NCBI GenBank assembly: GCA_964566405.1
Contig: CAZMIN010000001.1
Span: forward strand, 1,755-65,754
Origin: Candidatus Woesearchaeota archaeon
GTDB lineage: Archaea; Nanobdellota; Nanobdellia; Pacearchaeales; GW2011-AR1
DNA: 64,000 nt
Reading direction: 5' to 3'
Shown here: positions 27,329 to 36,423 of the stretch, one piece after another
How the letters are laid out: every line of letters begins with the position of its first letter
Position numbering within the stretch: the stretch's first letter is position 1
The notes under the pieces: generated by a model
The model's input: the letters and a program-made list of their open reading frames with translations, nothing else
The model's database searches: none
What the model was told of the DNA's origin: nothing
Position numbers and translations under genes: made by a program

Positions 27329-27901
27329 TTATGAACGAAGTAGTCTTTTAATTAAATCTTCTCTACTCCTTGGCACAAACCAGCTTCTCGCAAAATGAGT
27401 TTGATGATCATATTGACAAAAACCCAACACCCCAATAAGGTTGATTAATCCCTCTTCGGTCCTAGAGCGTGTGAACCCTCCTCTTTTAGAAACTTCTGAA
27501 ATATAGAATAGGGGATAACGATTATTTATTCCCAGTGCTCTTAATTCTCTATTTCTTTCATAGACAGTCTCTAAAATTTCCAAATCTTCATCAAGAAAGC
27601 TCTTTGAAAAAACCCCGCTATGTAGGGATTCCAAAACAGCCCCCTCATTCACATCCGGAATAAAAAAATTGTGAAAATAAAATCCATTATACCCCTGAAT
27701 TTTTTCAAACCCTAATACCCCATACAAAGATCTTATTAATTTAGTAGATCTTGAATTTCTATCAAGATAATCTCGAGACCTAAAGGTTTCTCTGATCCAT
27801 TCTTCATCATTACCCCTACTAATTGGCAGAGCAAGAGCATGAAAATTATCTGAAAGAAATCTGAATTGAGAGTTTCTCAATGGTATAGTGTATTCAACCA
27901 T
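27329..27901 (-). CDS. Hypothetical protein
   Basis: 190 aa; no confident assignment (I considered glycosylase, ligase and nuclease folds but nothing matched). Confidence 0.4.
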   Translation of the reverse strand: MVEYTIPLRNSQFRFLSDNFHALALPISRGNDEEWIRETFRSRDYLDRNSRSTKLIRSLYGVLGFEKIQGYNGFYFHNFFIPDVNEGAVLESLHSGVFSKSFLDEDLEILETVYERNRELRALGINNRYPLFYISEVSKRGGFTRSRTEEGLINLIGVLGFCQYDHQTHFARSWFVPRSREDLIKRLLRS

Positions 27902-27946
27902 AAAAATAGCTATTTAAATTATTTAAAAAGATTTATGAGATAAATT

Positions 27947-28612
27947 TCACTCTTTTTCAAGAATTTCTGCCTTAATATTTTCCTCTTTGCACAAATCTAC
28001 AAATTCTTGAGCGTCGTCTTGGCTTCCGACAATACTTCCCCAGTGCATCGGTATTGCTAAAGAAGGTTTGATTATCTTCGCTGCTTCGACAGCTTCCTCT
28101 GCGCTCATTGTAAACCTTCCACCGACAGGAAGGAGCGCTACAAATTCTTTGTCTTCCTGTTTGTAGCCTGTAAGTTTCTGCATCTCTGGAATAATATCTG
28201 TGTCTCCTGCATGATATATCAGGACATCATTCGTCTTTATCAGATATCCTACCCAGGATTCCTCTTTCGGATGAAAGTGCTTATCTATATTATAAGAAGG
28301 TAGGGTAGATATTTCAACATCCCCGAGATCTAATTCCCGACCAGGTTCTATAATCTCTATCTTGATAGGAACATCGAACTTTGTTATTTTGCTCTGGCAA
28401 TCTGCAGGAGCAACTATCCTTGTCCCTTCTTTAATAATCTTCTCCATGTCTGCGACACTACAGTGATCATAATGAGAATGAGTCAACAAAATTAAATCAG
28501 CCTTTTCAGAACCCTCTTTGATGTTGTAAGGATCAATATAAATCACTCTGGAGTTCTTAATCATAAACCCTGCATGCCCCAACCATTTTATCTCAACTTC
28601 ACCAATCTTCAT
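27947..28612 (-). CDS. MBL-fold metallo-hydrolase
   Basis: HSHYDHCS (HxHxDH) and the downstream H/D ligands (HAGD). Confidence 0.75.
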   Translation of the reverse strand: MKIGEVEIKWLGHAGFMIKNSRVIYIDPYNIKEGSEKADLILLTHSHYDHCSVADMEKIIKEGTRIVAPADCQSKITKFDVPIKIEIIEPGRELDLGDVEISTLPSYNIDKHFHPKEESWVGYLIKTNDVLIYHAGDTDIIPEMQKLTGYKQEDKEFVALLPVGGRFTMSAEEAVEAAKIIKPSLAIPMHWGSIVGSQDDAQEFVDLCKEENIKAEILEKE

Positions 28613-28636
28613 TTCTTAAGAAAAAATGCTGGGTTT

Positions 28637-29137
28637 TTAAGGATTTTGGATGTTTCTGCTCCATTCTCCTGTTTTTCCTGTCTTCAGTTGTCTGTCTAAA
28701 ATCTCTAACTCTTCGTAAATTCCCTCTATTAAATCAAAATTCTTTGCCTCTTCAAGATTAACCCATTTGAAATCAGTAAGGGCAGAGCATAGCCTAACAT
28801 CTTCACCGACAGGTTCCGCCCATAGACTAACAATGATACAAGGAATTTTATCTTCCCTCAGATAGACCATGCTCGTCACATAACCTATATCCTTAATCTC
28901 CAATCCAACTTCTTCCCGAACCTCTCTCTTCACTAAATCTTCAAATACATTATACCAATGGTGAGGTGTATCTTTTTCTCTGAGAACATAATCTAGAACT
29001 TCTAGTTTCCCGCCAGGAACAGTCCATCTCCCTGGAAAAGCTTTTTCCCAATCAGCCCTCTTGACAATTAGGAATTTCCCGTCTTTAACCAGAATTCCTG
29101 TAACAACGACATAATGAATCATATTTCTATTGTACAT
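28637..29137 (-). CDS. NUDIX hydrolase
   Basis: PGGKLEVLD...REVREEVGLEI Nudix box. Confidence 0.75.
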   Translation of the reverse strand: MYNRNMIHYVVVTGILVKDGKFLIVKRADWEKAFPGRWTVPGGKLEVLDYVLREKDTPHHWYNVFEDLVKREVREEVGLEIKDIGYVTSMVYLREDKIPCIIVSLWAEPVGEDVRLCSALTDFKWVNLEEAKNFDLIEGIYEELEILDRQLKTGKTGEWSRNIQNP

Positions 29138-29189
29138 GGTTTTTCTTCAGTATAATTATATTTAAATAGTTCCTCAAAAAATTTGACTT

Positions 29190-29789
29190 ATGGAAAAAAA
29201 GATACTTAGGGCATTCTTACACAATCACAGATTAAAATTCAATGAGATAGAAAAAATAACGAAAATACGTTCAAATAACTTAACATATCATCTGAAGAAA
29301 CTAATCGATAAAAACATCTTAAATAAGAAAGCAGATAATTATGAATTAACAGAAACCTCTGAAGACCTCATACCTTATATCTCTGATAAAAAAGCTGTTC
29401 TTCCTGTGGTTCTGATTTCTATAAAAAATACAAAAGGTGTGTTTCTCTATCAAAGACAAAAGCGCCCTTACAAAGACAAATCAAGTCTTCCGGGAGGAAG
29501 AATAAAATTAGGAGAAACAATTCCTCAGGCAACAGAAAGAATAATGAGAGAGAAATTTAGAATAAATTGTAAATTCAAAAATATAAACTCAATATCTCTA
29601 GAGCACGTGAAGAAAAATGGAAAAATCATTCACTCCTTCTTATTGATATTAGTAACAGCGACGACAAAAGACAAAATAGAATACACAAATCTAAAAGACA
29701 AAAAAGAAATAATTTCCAGCGATTATAGATTAATCAAGAACGACCTGAACAGAGAAACAAAAATCCAGAATATTATTTCACGAATTTAA
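29190..29789 (+). CDS. Winged-HTH plus NUDIX-fold fusion (Nudix-related regulator-like)
   Basis: N-terminal wHTH (LKFNEIEKITKIRSNNLTYHLKKLIDKNIL), then a Nudix-like fold (LPGGRIKLGETIPQATERIMREKF). Divergent from the NUDIX gene at 28637..29137. Confidence 0.55.
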   Translation: MEKKILRAFLHNHRLKFNEIEKITKIRSNNLTYHLKKLIDKNILNKKADNYELTETSEDLIPYISDKKAVLPVVLISIKNTKGVFLYQRQKRPYKDKSSLPGGRIKLGETIPQATERIMREKFRINCKFKNINSISLEHVKKNGKIIHSFLLILVTATTKDKIEYTNLKDKKEIISSDYRLIKNDLNRETKIQNIISRI

Positions 29790-30627
29790 CTTTTTTCACT
29801 TTTCCCTTCTTCTCATCTATATCAACAATTGCAAATTTTCCCTTAGAACCCTCTCCAGGATTAATAACTAAGGATTTTCCTAGTTTCTTTTTTCCCTGAT
29901 ATTCCTCCATATGGCCGCACAATACTAGAAAAGGTTTCTTTTTGAGTACAGCTTTTCTAAAAAAATCAATCCCTGAACTCCCCCCATGAAAAGGATTCTT
30001 TTTATCCTTAATAATGTCAAATATTCCTTTAGGAGGATAGTGAAAAATAAAAATAGATTTTCTAGTTAATTTCCCCACAAGCGAATTCAATTTCCTTTCT
30101 GCTTTTTTATCCCTCTTATCGACCCTCTCTTGCCATTCTTTATCCCGAGATTTTGCATTAGCAGAAACATCCATATAACCCCCAAAACCCAAAAAAGAAA
30201 TTCCATCTCTGTTCATAACTTTATAATTCATTTCTTTAATATTTTTTATTTTCTTAAGAAAATTCAATCTACTTTTCTTTGCTTGAAGTATATTTTTGGC
30301 AAACGGATAATCATACCATTCGTCATCCCCATTCCCAAACACAAAAAATCCTGGTTTCCCTAAACCATTTAAAAAAGAAAGAGCCCTCTCCCCTGCCTTG
30401 AAATCTTTCTTAATTAGATTCTTCAATCCTTCTTTTCCAAAAAACTCCTCGGGGGATTTAGCTTTTTTTCTATCCTTAATCTTAAAAGTGTATCTTATAT
30501 AAGGATACCACTCATCAATTCCGGCATAATCACCAACACCAATTACAAAATCAAAATCTTGTTTAGGAACTTTTTTCTTAAGTTTTCCAATTTCTCCATG
30601 AATATCTCCAATAGCTAATATTTTCAT
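29773..30627 (-). CDS. Metallophosphoesterase (calcineurin-like)
   Basis: GDIHG, GDY, GNGD and a late GH motif. Confidence 0.7.
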   Translation of the reverse strand: MKILAIGDIHGEIGKLKKKVPKQDFDFVIGVGDYAGIDEWYPYIRYTFKIKDRKKAKSPEEFFGKEGLKNLIKKDFKAGERALSFLNGLGKPGFFVFGNGDDEWYDYPFAKNILQAKKSRLNFLKKIKNIKEMNYKVMNRDGISFLGFGGYMDVSANAKSRDKEWQERVDKRDKKAERKLNSLVGKLTRKSIFIFHYPPKGIFDIIKDKKNPFHGGSSGIDFFRKAVLKKKPFLVLCGHMEEYQGKKKLGKSLVINPGEGSKGKFAIVDIDEKKGKVKKVKFVK

Positions 30628-30649
30628 AACAACCCTAAAGAAAAATCTT

Positions 30650-30672
30650 TTTTAAACTTAAGGCTTCCACCT
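30650..30672 (+). repeat. 23-bp direct repeat copy A (TTTTAAACTTAAGGCTTCCACCT); decayed 3' end of an aaRS gene
   Basis: 22/23 identical to 32371..32393, which spans the asnS stop. On the minus strand it reads ...RRWKP*; asnS ends ...LRWNP*. Confidence 0.6.
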
Positions 30673-30722
30673 GCGTTATCCTGGTAAAGCATAAATTTAA
30701 ATATAGATGTTACTATTTCAAA

Positions 30723-31382
30723 ATGACTAAAATGGAAGATATAGGTAAGATTAAAGTTGGTATCTTTGATTTAGATGGAACTCTGATAAATTCTAATGCA
30801 AAGGTTCGAAGGGATTTCATAGAAACAATGGCTAGATTAGGTGTTGATGTAACTCATGAAGAATCTCTTGAAAAATGGGAAAAAATATCGGAAAAACATG
30901 GTATTTCTGCAGACCAACTCTATAAGACTTTTGATGAAAGAAAAAGTTGGGAGCAGTCTCTCAAGGACGGTGAAGTTGAAATTTTCCCAGAAACCCATTC
31001 TATTTTAGATTATTTAAGGAGTAATGGGGTAGAGTTAGCCCTATTATCGAGATCTCTCCCAAAATACACTGATGTAAAATTAGATTATTTTGGTCTTAGA
31101 AGATATTTTGGTGCTATAGAAACAATTTCCCCTTCAGCCCCTTCAAAAATAAGGGGTGCAAGGACACTCATAGAAAAAATAAACCCTGAAAAGATAGGAC
31201 ATGCCTGGTTTGTGGGGGATAAGGAAGAGGATGTTTCTATTTCAAGAGATATTGAAAGAGAATTTGGTATAACATCTAATGGTATCTACGTCAATAGAAA
31301 TGGTGGAGAGCCAAAGTTTGAAAGAGGAAATTATCGTGTAATTAAATCTCTCGAGGATATTCCTGAAATTATGGGTGTATAA
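30723..31382 (+). CDS. HAD-family hydrolase
   Basis: Motif I IFDLDGTLINS and the later HAD motifs (GDKEED). Confidence 0.75.
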   Translation: MTKMEDIGKIKVGIFDLDGTLINSNAKVRRDFIETMARLGVDVTHEESLEKWEKISEKHGISADQLYKTFDERKSWEQSLKDGEVEIFPETHSILDYLRSNGVELALLSRSLPKYTDVKLDYFGLRRYFGAIETISPSAPSKIRGARTLIEKINPEKIGHAWFVGDKEEDVSISRDIEREFGITSNGIYVNRNGGEPKFERGNYRVIKSLEDIPEIMGV

Positions 31383-32361
31383 AATGGATAAATATGAAGA
31401 TAAAATAAGAGAAGTTGTCAGAAAAGACTTTGATGCCAAAGTATTAGAAATAAAAAGAATAACAGAAGGTTATTCTCACTATATGTATGGGGTTAAGATA
31501 GATAAAAATCCCTTTGAAGTAATAATAAGATTTTCTAATAATACAGATAAGAGTGTGAGTCTATTAAAGGAAAAGTACGTCATGGATAGATTGAGAGAAA
31601 AGGACATACCTGTTCCAAAGATATACGCATTCTATCACCCTGAAGAGAAAAAAGAAGATGGTTATGTTATATTAGAAAAATTTAACGGTGAAAGGTTAGA
31701 TCTCGTATGGGATTCTCTTTCAAAAAAAGAAAAAATACAGATTACAAAAGAGTTAGGAAGACTCCTCTCAAAAATTCACGAGATAAAACTCCCACAATAC
31801 GGATTTATAGAAGAAGAGGGAAACATTGATTCAGAACTTGGTAAAGAGTTTAAATTTAGGAGGGAGGGTGAAAAAATAAATTACAGCCCTTTCTTGAGGC
31901 AAGTTTTAATACAGGGCTTAAAAGATTTTGCAAGACTTCTTTCATATAGGATAGTAAATCCAAAATTTGCGTCAGATTGGATGTTTTACTTGTCTACAAA
32001 TCTGCACAAAATAGAATTTAAAAAAGAACCAACTTTTATCCACGGAGATTTTATGACTGGACACATATTTGTTGAAAAAATTAATGGCGAATATAAAATA
32101 CGAGGTATAATTGACTTCGAATTTGCTCAATCAACCTCTCCAGAATATGATTTTATAAAACTTCATAGACAAGGTTTCTTCGAAGATGAAGAACTAAAAA
32201 AAGCTCTGAAAGAAGGTTATGGGGATATAAATGAGGAAGCTGTGGAGATGCATAGACTCATGAGAGATATTGGATTCGCACAAGTAGTACTGGATTCTGG
32301 AAATAAGGAATTGGCAGAAAAAACACTAAGGAGTATTGAAGAAAAAATAAAAAGAAAGTAA
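31375..32361 (+). CDS. Aminoglycoside/choline-kinase-like phosphotransferase (APH fold)
   Basis: HGDFMTGHIF (catalytic HGD) and IDFEFA (Dx(E/D) metal-binding). Confidence 0.7.
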   Translation: MYKMDKYEDKIREVVRKDFDAKVLEIKRITEGYSHYMYGVKIDKNPFEVIIRFSNNTDKSVSLLKEKYVMDRLREKDIPVPKIYAFYHPEEKKEDGYVILEKFNGERLDLVWDSLSKKEKIQITKELGRLLSKIHEIKLPQYGFIEEEGNIDSELGKEFKFRREGEKINYSPFLRQVLIQGLKDFARLLSYRIVNPKFASDWMFYLSTNLHKIEFKKEPTFIHGDFMTGHIFVEKINGEYKIRGIIDFEFAQSTSPEYDFIKLHRQGFFEDEELKKALKEGYGDINEEAVEMHRLMRDIGFAQVVLDSGNKELAEKTLRSIEEKIKRK

Positions 32362-32370
32362 TCTATAAAT

Positions 32371-32393
32371 TTTTAAACTTAAGGATTCCACCT
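32371..32393 (+). repeat. 23-bp direct repeat copy B (TTTTAAACTTAAGGATTCCACCT), overlapping the asnS stop
   Basis: See copy A. Similarity extends imperfectly for ~12 further nt into asnS. Confidence 0.6.
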
Positions 32394-33668
32394 TAGCATC
32401 GTCCTTGGAAAAGGAATCGTATCCTTTATATTATCCAAACCACAAATCCATTGTAAAACTCTTTCAACACCAACCCCATATCCTGAATGAGGAACAGAGC
32501 CATATTTTCTGAGATCAAAATAAAACTGGTAATCGTTTGGATTTTCACCTTCTTTTTTCAATCTATCAGACATTTCCTTTACATCAAGACTTCTCTCGCT
32601 ACCACCCACAATCTCTGTACCATTAGGGGCAAGCATGTCAAAACAAAGCGCTTCATCAGATTTTTTAGGATCCTCAGGTTTGTAAAAAGCCATGACCTCT
32701 TTAGGATAATGCGTAACAACAACAGGAGTATCAAAATGTTTCATTAATTTCTCTTCTTCGATAGTTCTAAGGTCTTTTCCAAAAGCCACTTTCATTTTAT
32801 CCTTAGTTTTCAAAATTTCCAAAGCCCTACGGTATTTTATCGTGGGCCATTTCTTTCGGGCTATCTCCAAAATTTTCTTATAATCTATTCCCAGGTGCCT
32901 AAATTCTTCAGCACGTTCCTTCGCAGTCTTTTCTATACAATACTTTATCTCTTTCTTTGCAAATTCTGTTATTTCGTCCAATTTCCACCATGCAACTTCT
33001 GTTTCAGCCATCCAAAACTCCGAAAGATGTCTTGAAGTCTTTGATTTTTCTGCCCTAAACGTAGGACTAAAGTTATAAACTTTCTCAAGTGAAAAAATCG
33101 CTGCCTCTCCATACAACTGCCATGTTTGTGCTAGATACATTTTTTGATTATAATATTTTACTTCAAAAACAGTGCTCCCCCCCTCTGACTGTGTCGGTTG
33201 TAAAATCGGAGCATCAAATCTGTAAAAACCTTCTTTCTTAAAAAACTCCTCTCTCGCCTGAACATAACTGCTTCTAATTTTCAAGATAGCACTCATTTTT
33301 CGGCTCCTCAACCACAGATGTCTCCTGTCCCCTAAAAGCTCTTCATTCAAACTCTTCTGAATCGGAAACTCATCACTAGCTCCAACCGTTTTAAGTTTAC
33401 TGACGCTGATTTCATAATCCGTCGGTGCTCTCTTATCTTTTTTTATCATACCCTCAATTTCTAAAGAAGACTCTACCTTAAGAGAATCTATCTCTTTCCA
33501 TTGTTTTTTGAATTTTTCTTTCTTCAAAACACACTGAATAACTTCTGAAGAATCTCTCAAAACTATAAACTTAAACTCATTGCTCCCCCTCTCACGATAA
33601 ATCCATCCACGCACAGCTACTTTTCCGCTTCCTTTCTTCATTGCGTCAGATATTGATATGAATTTCAT
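32379..33668 (-). CDS. asnS: Asparaginyl-tRNA synthetase (class IIb)
   Basis: N-terminal OB anticodon-binding domain; motif 2 FRAEKSKTSRHLSEFWMAE is AsnRS-typical; C-terminal ...RTMLRWNP. Confidence 0.8.
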   Translation of the reverse strand: MKFISISDAMKKGSGKVAVRGWIYRERGSNEFKFIVLRDSSEVIQCVLKKEKFKKQWKEIDSLKVESSLEIEGMIKKDKRAPTDYEISVSKLKTVGASDEFPIQKSLNEELLGDRRHLWLRSRKMSAILKIRSSYVQAREEFFKKEGFYRFDAPILQPTQSEGGSTVFEVKYYNQKMYLAQTWQLYGEAAIFSLEKVYNFSPTFRAEKSKTSRHLSEFWMAETEVAWWKLDEITEFAKKEIKYCIEKTAKERAEEFRHLGIDYKKILEIARKKWPTIKYRRALEILKTKDKMKVAFGKDLRTIEEEKLMKHFDTPVVVTHYPKEVMAFYKPEDPKKSDEALCFDMLAPNGTEIVGGSERSLDVKEMSDRLKKEGENPNDYQFYFDLRKYGSVPHSGYGVGVERVLQWICGLDNIKDTIPFPRTMLRWNP

Positions 33669-34972
33669 GGAGTCAACCTCCGCCTGTCTCTTGGAAGAAA
33701 AGTTGCTTCCCTAACATTTCCAAGATTTAACATTAACATCAAAAGCCTAGAAGGACTTAAAGCGCCTCCTGCGTGAGGGGGACAGCCATATCTAAAGAAA
33801 TCTATATAATACTGGACAGATCTGGGTTCCATACCTTTTTCTATAGCTTGTTTTTTTAAAATTTCTGGACGGTGTTCTCTCTGAGCACCTGTTGTAATCT
33901 CTACACCCTTCCAGATGAGATCAAAACTTTTCGTTAAATTAGGATTATCTTCCCTTCTCATATGATAAAAAGGCCTGACAGATATAGGATATTCTTTAAC
34001 AAAAACAAACTCGTGATTATATTTTTTCTTCATTATCTCAAAGAGTAATTTCTCTCCTTCTGCATCAAGGTCTTTTCCTACTGAAGATTTATATCCTTTT
34101 TTCCTTAACATTTCTAGAGCTTGTTTCATAGTAACCCTAGGAAAAGGAATTTTTGGAACAACAATATCAACTCCAAAAGTCTTCTTTATCTCCTTTCCAA
34201 ATTTAGCCTTTATTTTTTTCAAAAAATAAACTATCCATTCCTCTTCTATTTTCATAAAATCTTCTTCAGATTCTACAAAGGATACTTCCATATCAATCAT
34301 TGTGAACTCTGTGTCGTGTCTAGACGTATCTGAAGGGTTAGCCCTAAAAACAGGGGCCATTTCAAAAACTTTTTCAAAACCTGCGGCCATTGCCATCTGT
34401 TTATAAAACTGAGGGCTTTGTGCAAGATAGGCTTTCTTTCCAAAATAATCTACGCTAAAAAGCTCTGCTCCTGATTCGCTGGCAGAACCCATAAATTTTG
34501 GCGTATTTATCTGAATGAATCCATTTTTCAACCAGTATTCCCTCATAGCATCTTCCATATATGTCCAAATTTTAAAAATTAGAAGATGCTGTGGTTTTCT
34601 AAGATCAATCCACCTATAATCCAATCTTTTTGATAATTCTGTAGTAATTGTTTTTTCATTCACCTGTATGGGGAGATTTTCAGCTTTTGATAATACCTTT
34701 AAATCAGAAACTTCTACCTCTAAATCATGCCTGGCAAGTTCCGCCTTTACCTGGGCTTTTTTTACTTTCCCTTTTATTTCAACAACACTCTCCAGAGTAA
34801 GATTAGAAACTTCTTCCATCGGTTTTTTATCTTTGACAACACACTGAACAAGCCCTGAAGAATCTCTGAGCAAGAGAAATTTCATTTTTGAAAGGCCCCT
34901 AATCTCGTGAATCCAGCCCTTCAGAAAAACAGACTCACCTGCTTTTATATCTGAGACATAAGATCTTTTCAT
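33665..34972 (-). CDS. aspS: Aspartyl-tRNA synthetase (archaeal-type, class IIb)
   Basis: LAQSPQFYKQ, FRANPSDTSRHDTEF, GGALSPSR, C-terminal ...RRLTP. Its stop overlaps the asnS start by 4 nt. Confidence 0.8.
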   Translation of the reverse strand: MKRSYVSDIKAGESVFLKGWIHEIRGLSKMKFLLLRDSSGLVQCVVKDKKPMEEVSNLTLESVVEIKGKVKKAQVKAELARHDLEVEVSDLKVLSKAENLPIQVNEKTITTELSKRLDYRWIDLRKPQHLLIFKIWTYMEDAMREYWLKNGFIQINTPKFMGSASESGAELFSVDYFGKKAYLAQSPQFYKQMAMAAGFEKVFEMAPVFRANPSDTSRHDTEFTMIDMEVSFVESEEDFMKIEEEWIVYFLKKIKAKFGKEIKKTFGVDIVVPKIPFPRVTMKQALEMLRKKGYKSSVGKDLDAEGEKLLFEIMKKKYNHEFVFVKEYPISVRPFYHMRREDNPNLTKSFDLIWKGVEITTGAQREHRPEILKKQAIEKGMEPRSVQYYIDFFRYGCPPHAGGALSPSRLLMLMLNLGNVREATFLPRDRRRLTP

Positions 34973-35012
34973 TATTTAAAAACAGAAAGCAGATTTATTA
35001 ATTTATTGATTA

Positions 35013-35756
35013 TCATTTTACAGATTTCCAAATCTCTCTAATATACTTACCTAAATTTCTAGCAACACTCTCTGACTTAATCAAAATTCCAATGACCTCT
35101 GGTTTCCAAGAAACAATGAAAACCATATCCTTAACCACATCTATATTTCCAGGGATAGGAAAATCAACAAACTTTGTGTTAAGGAATCTAGATTTTTTCA
35201 CAAACCAAGACTTCTTATACTCTTTATTCGCGATTCCCTTAGAGGTTGCTTTCTTAGAAATATGTTGGATGCTATGATAGAATAAATCAGATTTTTCTGC
35301 ATATTCCTTTTCATGTATATAGGAAAACCATATCACATCTTTCTTATTAGCGCCCTTTAACATCTTTTCATATGCTGATCTCAATCCCTTTAAACCAAGG
35401 AATACCTCTGCCTCTTGTTTAATCCCTGACTCTTGTAGTTTTTCCAAATCTGATAAAGCTTTTTTTAAAGATTCTCTCTGATTAGATATTTCTTTTTCTT
35501 TTTTATTTAGGTATTCGAGAAGATTAGAAGGCGGAGCTGCCTGAAAATATTTGGTCTTGCTCTTTATGACAAAACTGACAATTCCCTTATCCAACAAACG
35601 ATTAAGAATATCATAAATATTAGAGTATGCAACCTTAGATTTCTTAACTATGGGTCCAACGCTACTAGAGCCTAATTCAGATAAGGCCAAATACACCTTA
35701 GATTCACCTTCTGTTAACCCCACCTTCAACAACTCATAAAACTCCTTACTTACCAT
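35013..35756 (-). CDS. TrmB-family transcriptional regulator
   Basis: N-terminal wHTH (LTEGESKVYLALSELGSSSVGPIVKKSKVAYSNIYDILNRLLDKGIV) followed by a coiled coil and a C-terminal effector-like domain. Confidence 0.65.
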   Translation of the reverse strand: MVSKEFYELLKVGLTEGESKVYLALSELGSSSVGPIVKKSKVAYSNIYDILNRLLDKGIVSFVIKSKTKYFQAAPPSNLLEYLNKKEKEISNQRESLKKALSDLEKLQESGIKQEAEVFLGLKGLRSAYEKMLKGANKKDVIWFSYIHEKEYAEKSDLFYHSIQHISKKATSKGIANKEYKKSWFVKKSRFLNTKFVDFPIPGNIDVVKDMVFIVSWKPEVIGILIKSESVARNLGKYIREIWKSVK

Positions 35757-35800
35757 ACAAGATATCTATTAAATTTACTTTAAAAAACTTGCTATCACAC

Positions 35801-35814
35801 CCCCTGTACAGGGG
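35801..35814. promoter_or_regulatory. Perfect 14-bp palindrome CCCCTGTACAGGGG in the divergent TrmB / small-ORF promoter region
   Basis: Lies between the TrmB start (35756) and the first MPxCGF gene (35874). Candidate operator. Confidence 0.45.
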
Positions 35815-35873
35815 AGATAATTAATATAAAAAGAGACTTCCTAAAATTTTTATAATAAATACGGAGAAATAAA

Positions 35874-36011
35874 ATGCCCTTGTGTGGATTTGATAAACAG
35901 ATGCTAGACGGAATAGATTCCTTTCATAGAGGATTAATAGAGATTATTTTAGATAAAACTCCTAGTAAGAATGTTGATGGAAAAGAGTTTTTTATGGAGG
36001 ATTCAAAATAA
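35874..36011 (+). CDS. Small protein 1 of an 'MPxCGF' tandem paralog triplet (45 aa)
   Basis: MPLCGFDKQMLDGIDSFHRGLIEIILDK... with GGAGA 9 nt upstream. Its N-terminal ~25 aa are conserved with the next two ORFs. Confidence 0.35.
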   Translation: MPLCGFDKQMLDGIDSFHRGLIEIILDKTPSKNVDGKEFFMEDSK

Positions 36012-36012
36012 A

Positions 36013-36423
36013 ATGCCCTTTTGTGGATTTAATCAGAAAATGATTGGGGGTCTACACGGCTTTCAGAGTGGTTTAGTAGAACATGGTATTATTGCTCGTT
36101 CAAAGAAACAGGAACAATCTTTTGAAAAAACTATGAACAAAGAACTTAGCGATATGTCTCGTTTCATGAAGGAGATGCATAAAATAAAAGATCCGGAAGT
36201 AAGAGAATTAATCCAAGCTCTCACAAAATATGCTTGTGCGTTCTATAAGATTGTACAAAAGAATGGAATTAAGAATTATAAGGATACAATCAATTTTCTA
36301 AATAATTTTTATTTTGAGATGGACAACAAATATTATTCTGAATTAGAGGGTAATCCCAAAGATATGGAAAAATTAGTTCATTGGATAAATGAAGGAGGAC
36401 AAAATGCCACCAAGCGGATTTAG
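36013..36423 (+). CDS. Small protein 2 of the 'MPxCGF' triplet (136 aa)
   Basis: MPFCGFNQKMIGGLHGFQSGLVEHGII... with GGAGG 12 nt upstream; its ATG is 1 nt after the ORF-1 stop. The track start at 35971 is probably too far upstream. Confidence 0.45.
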   Translation: MPFCGFNQKMIGGLHGFQSGLVEHGIIARSKKQEQSFEKTMNKELSDMSRFMKEMHKIKDPEVRELIQALTKYACAFYKIVQKNGIKNYKDTINFLNNFYFEMDNKYYSELEGNPKDMEKLVHWINEGGQNATKRI

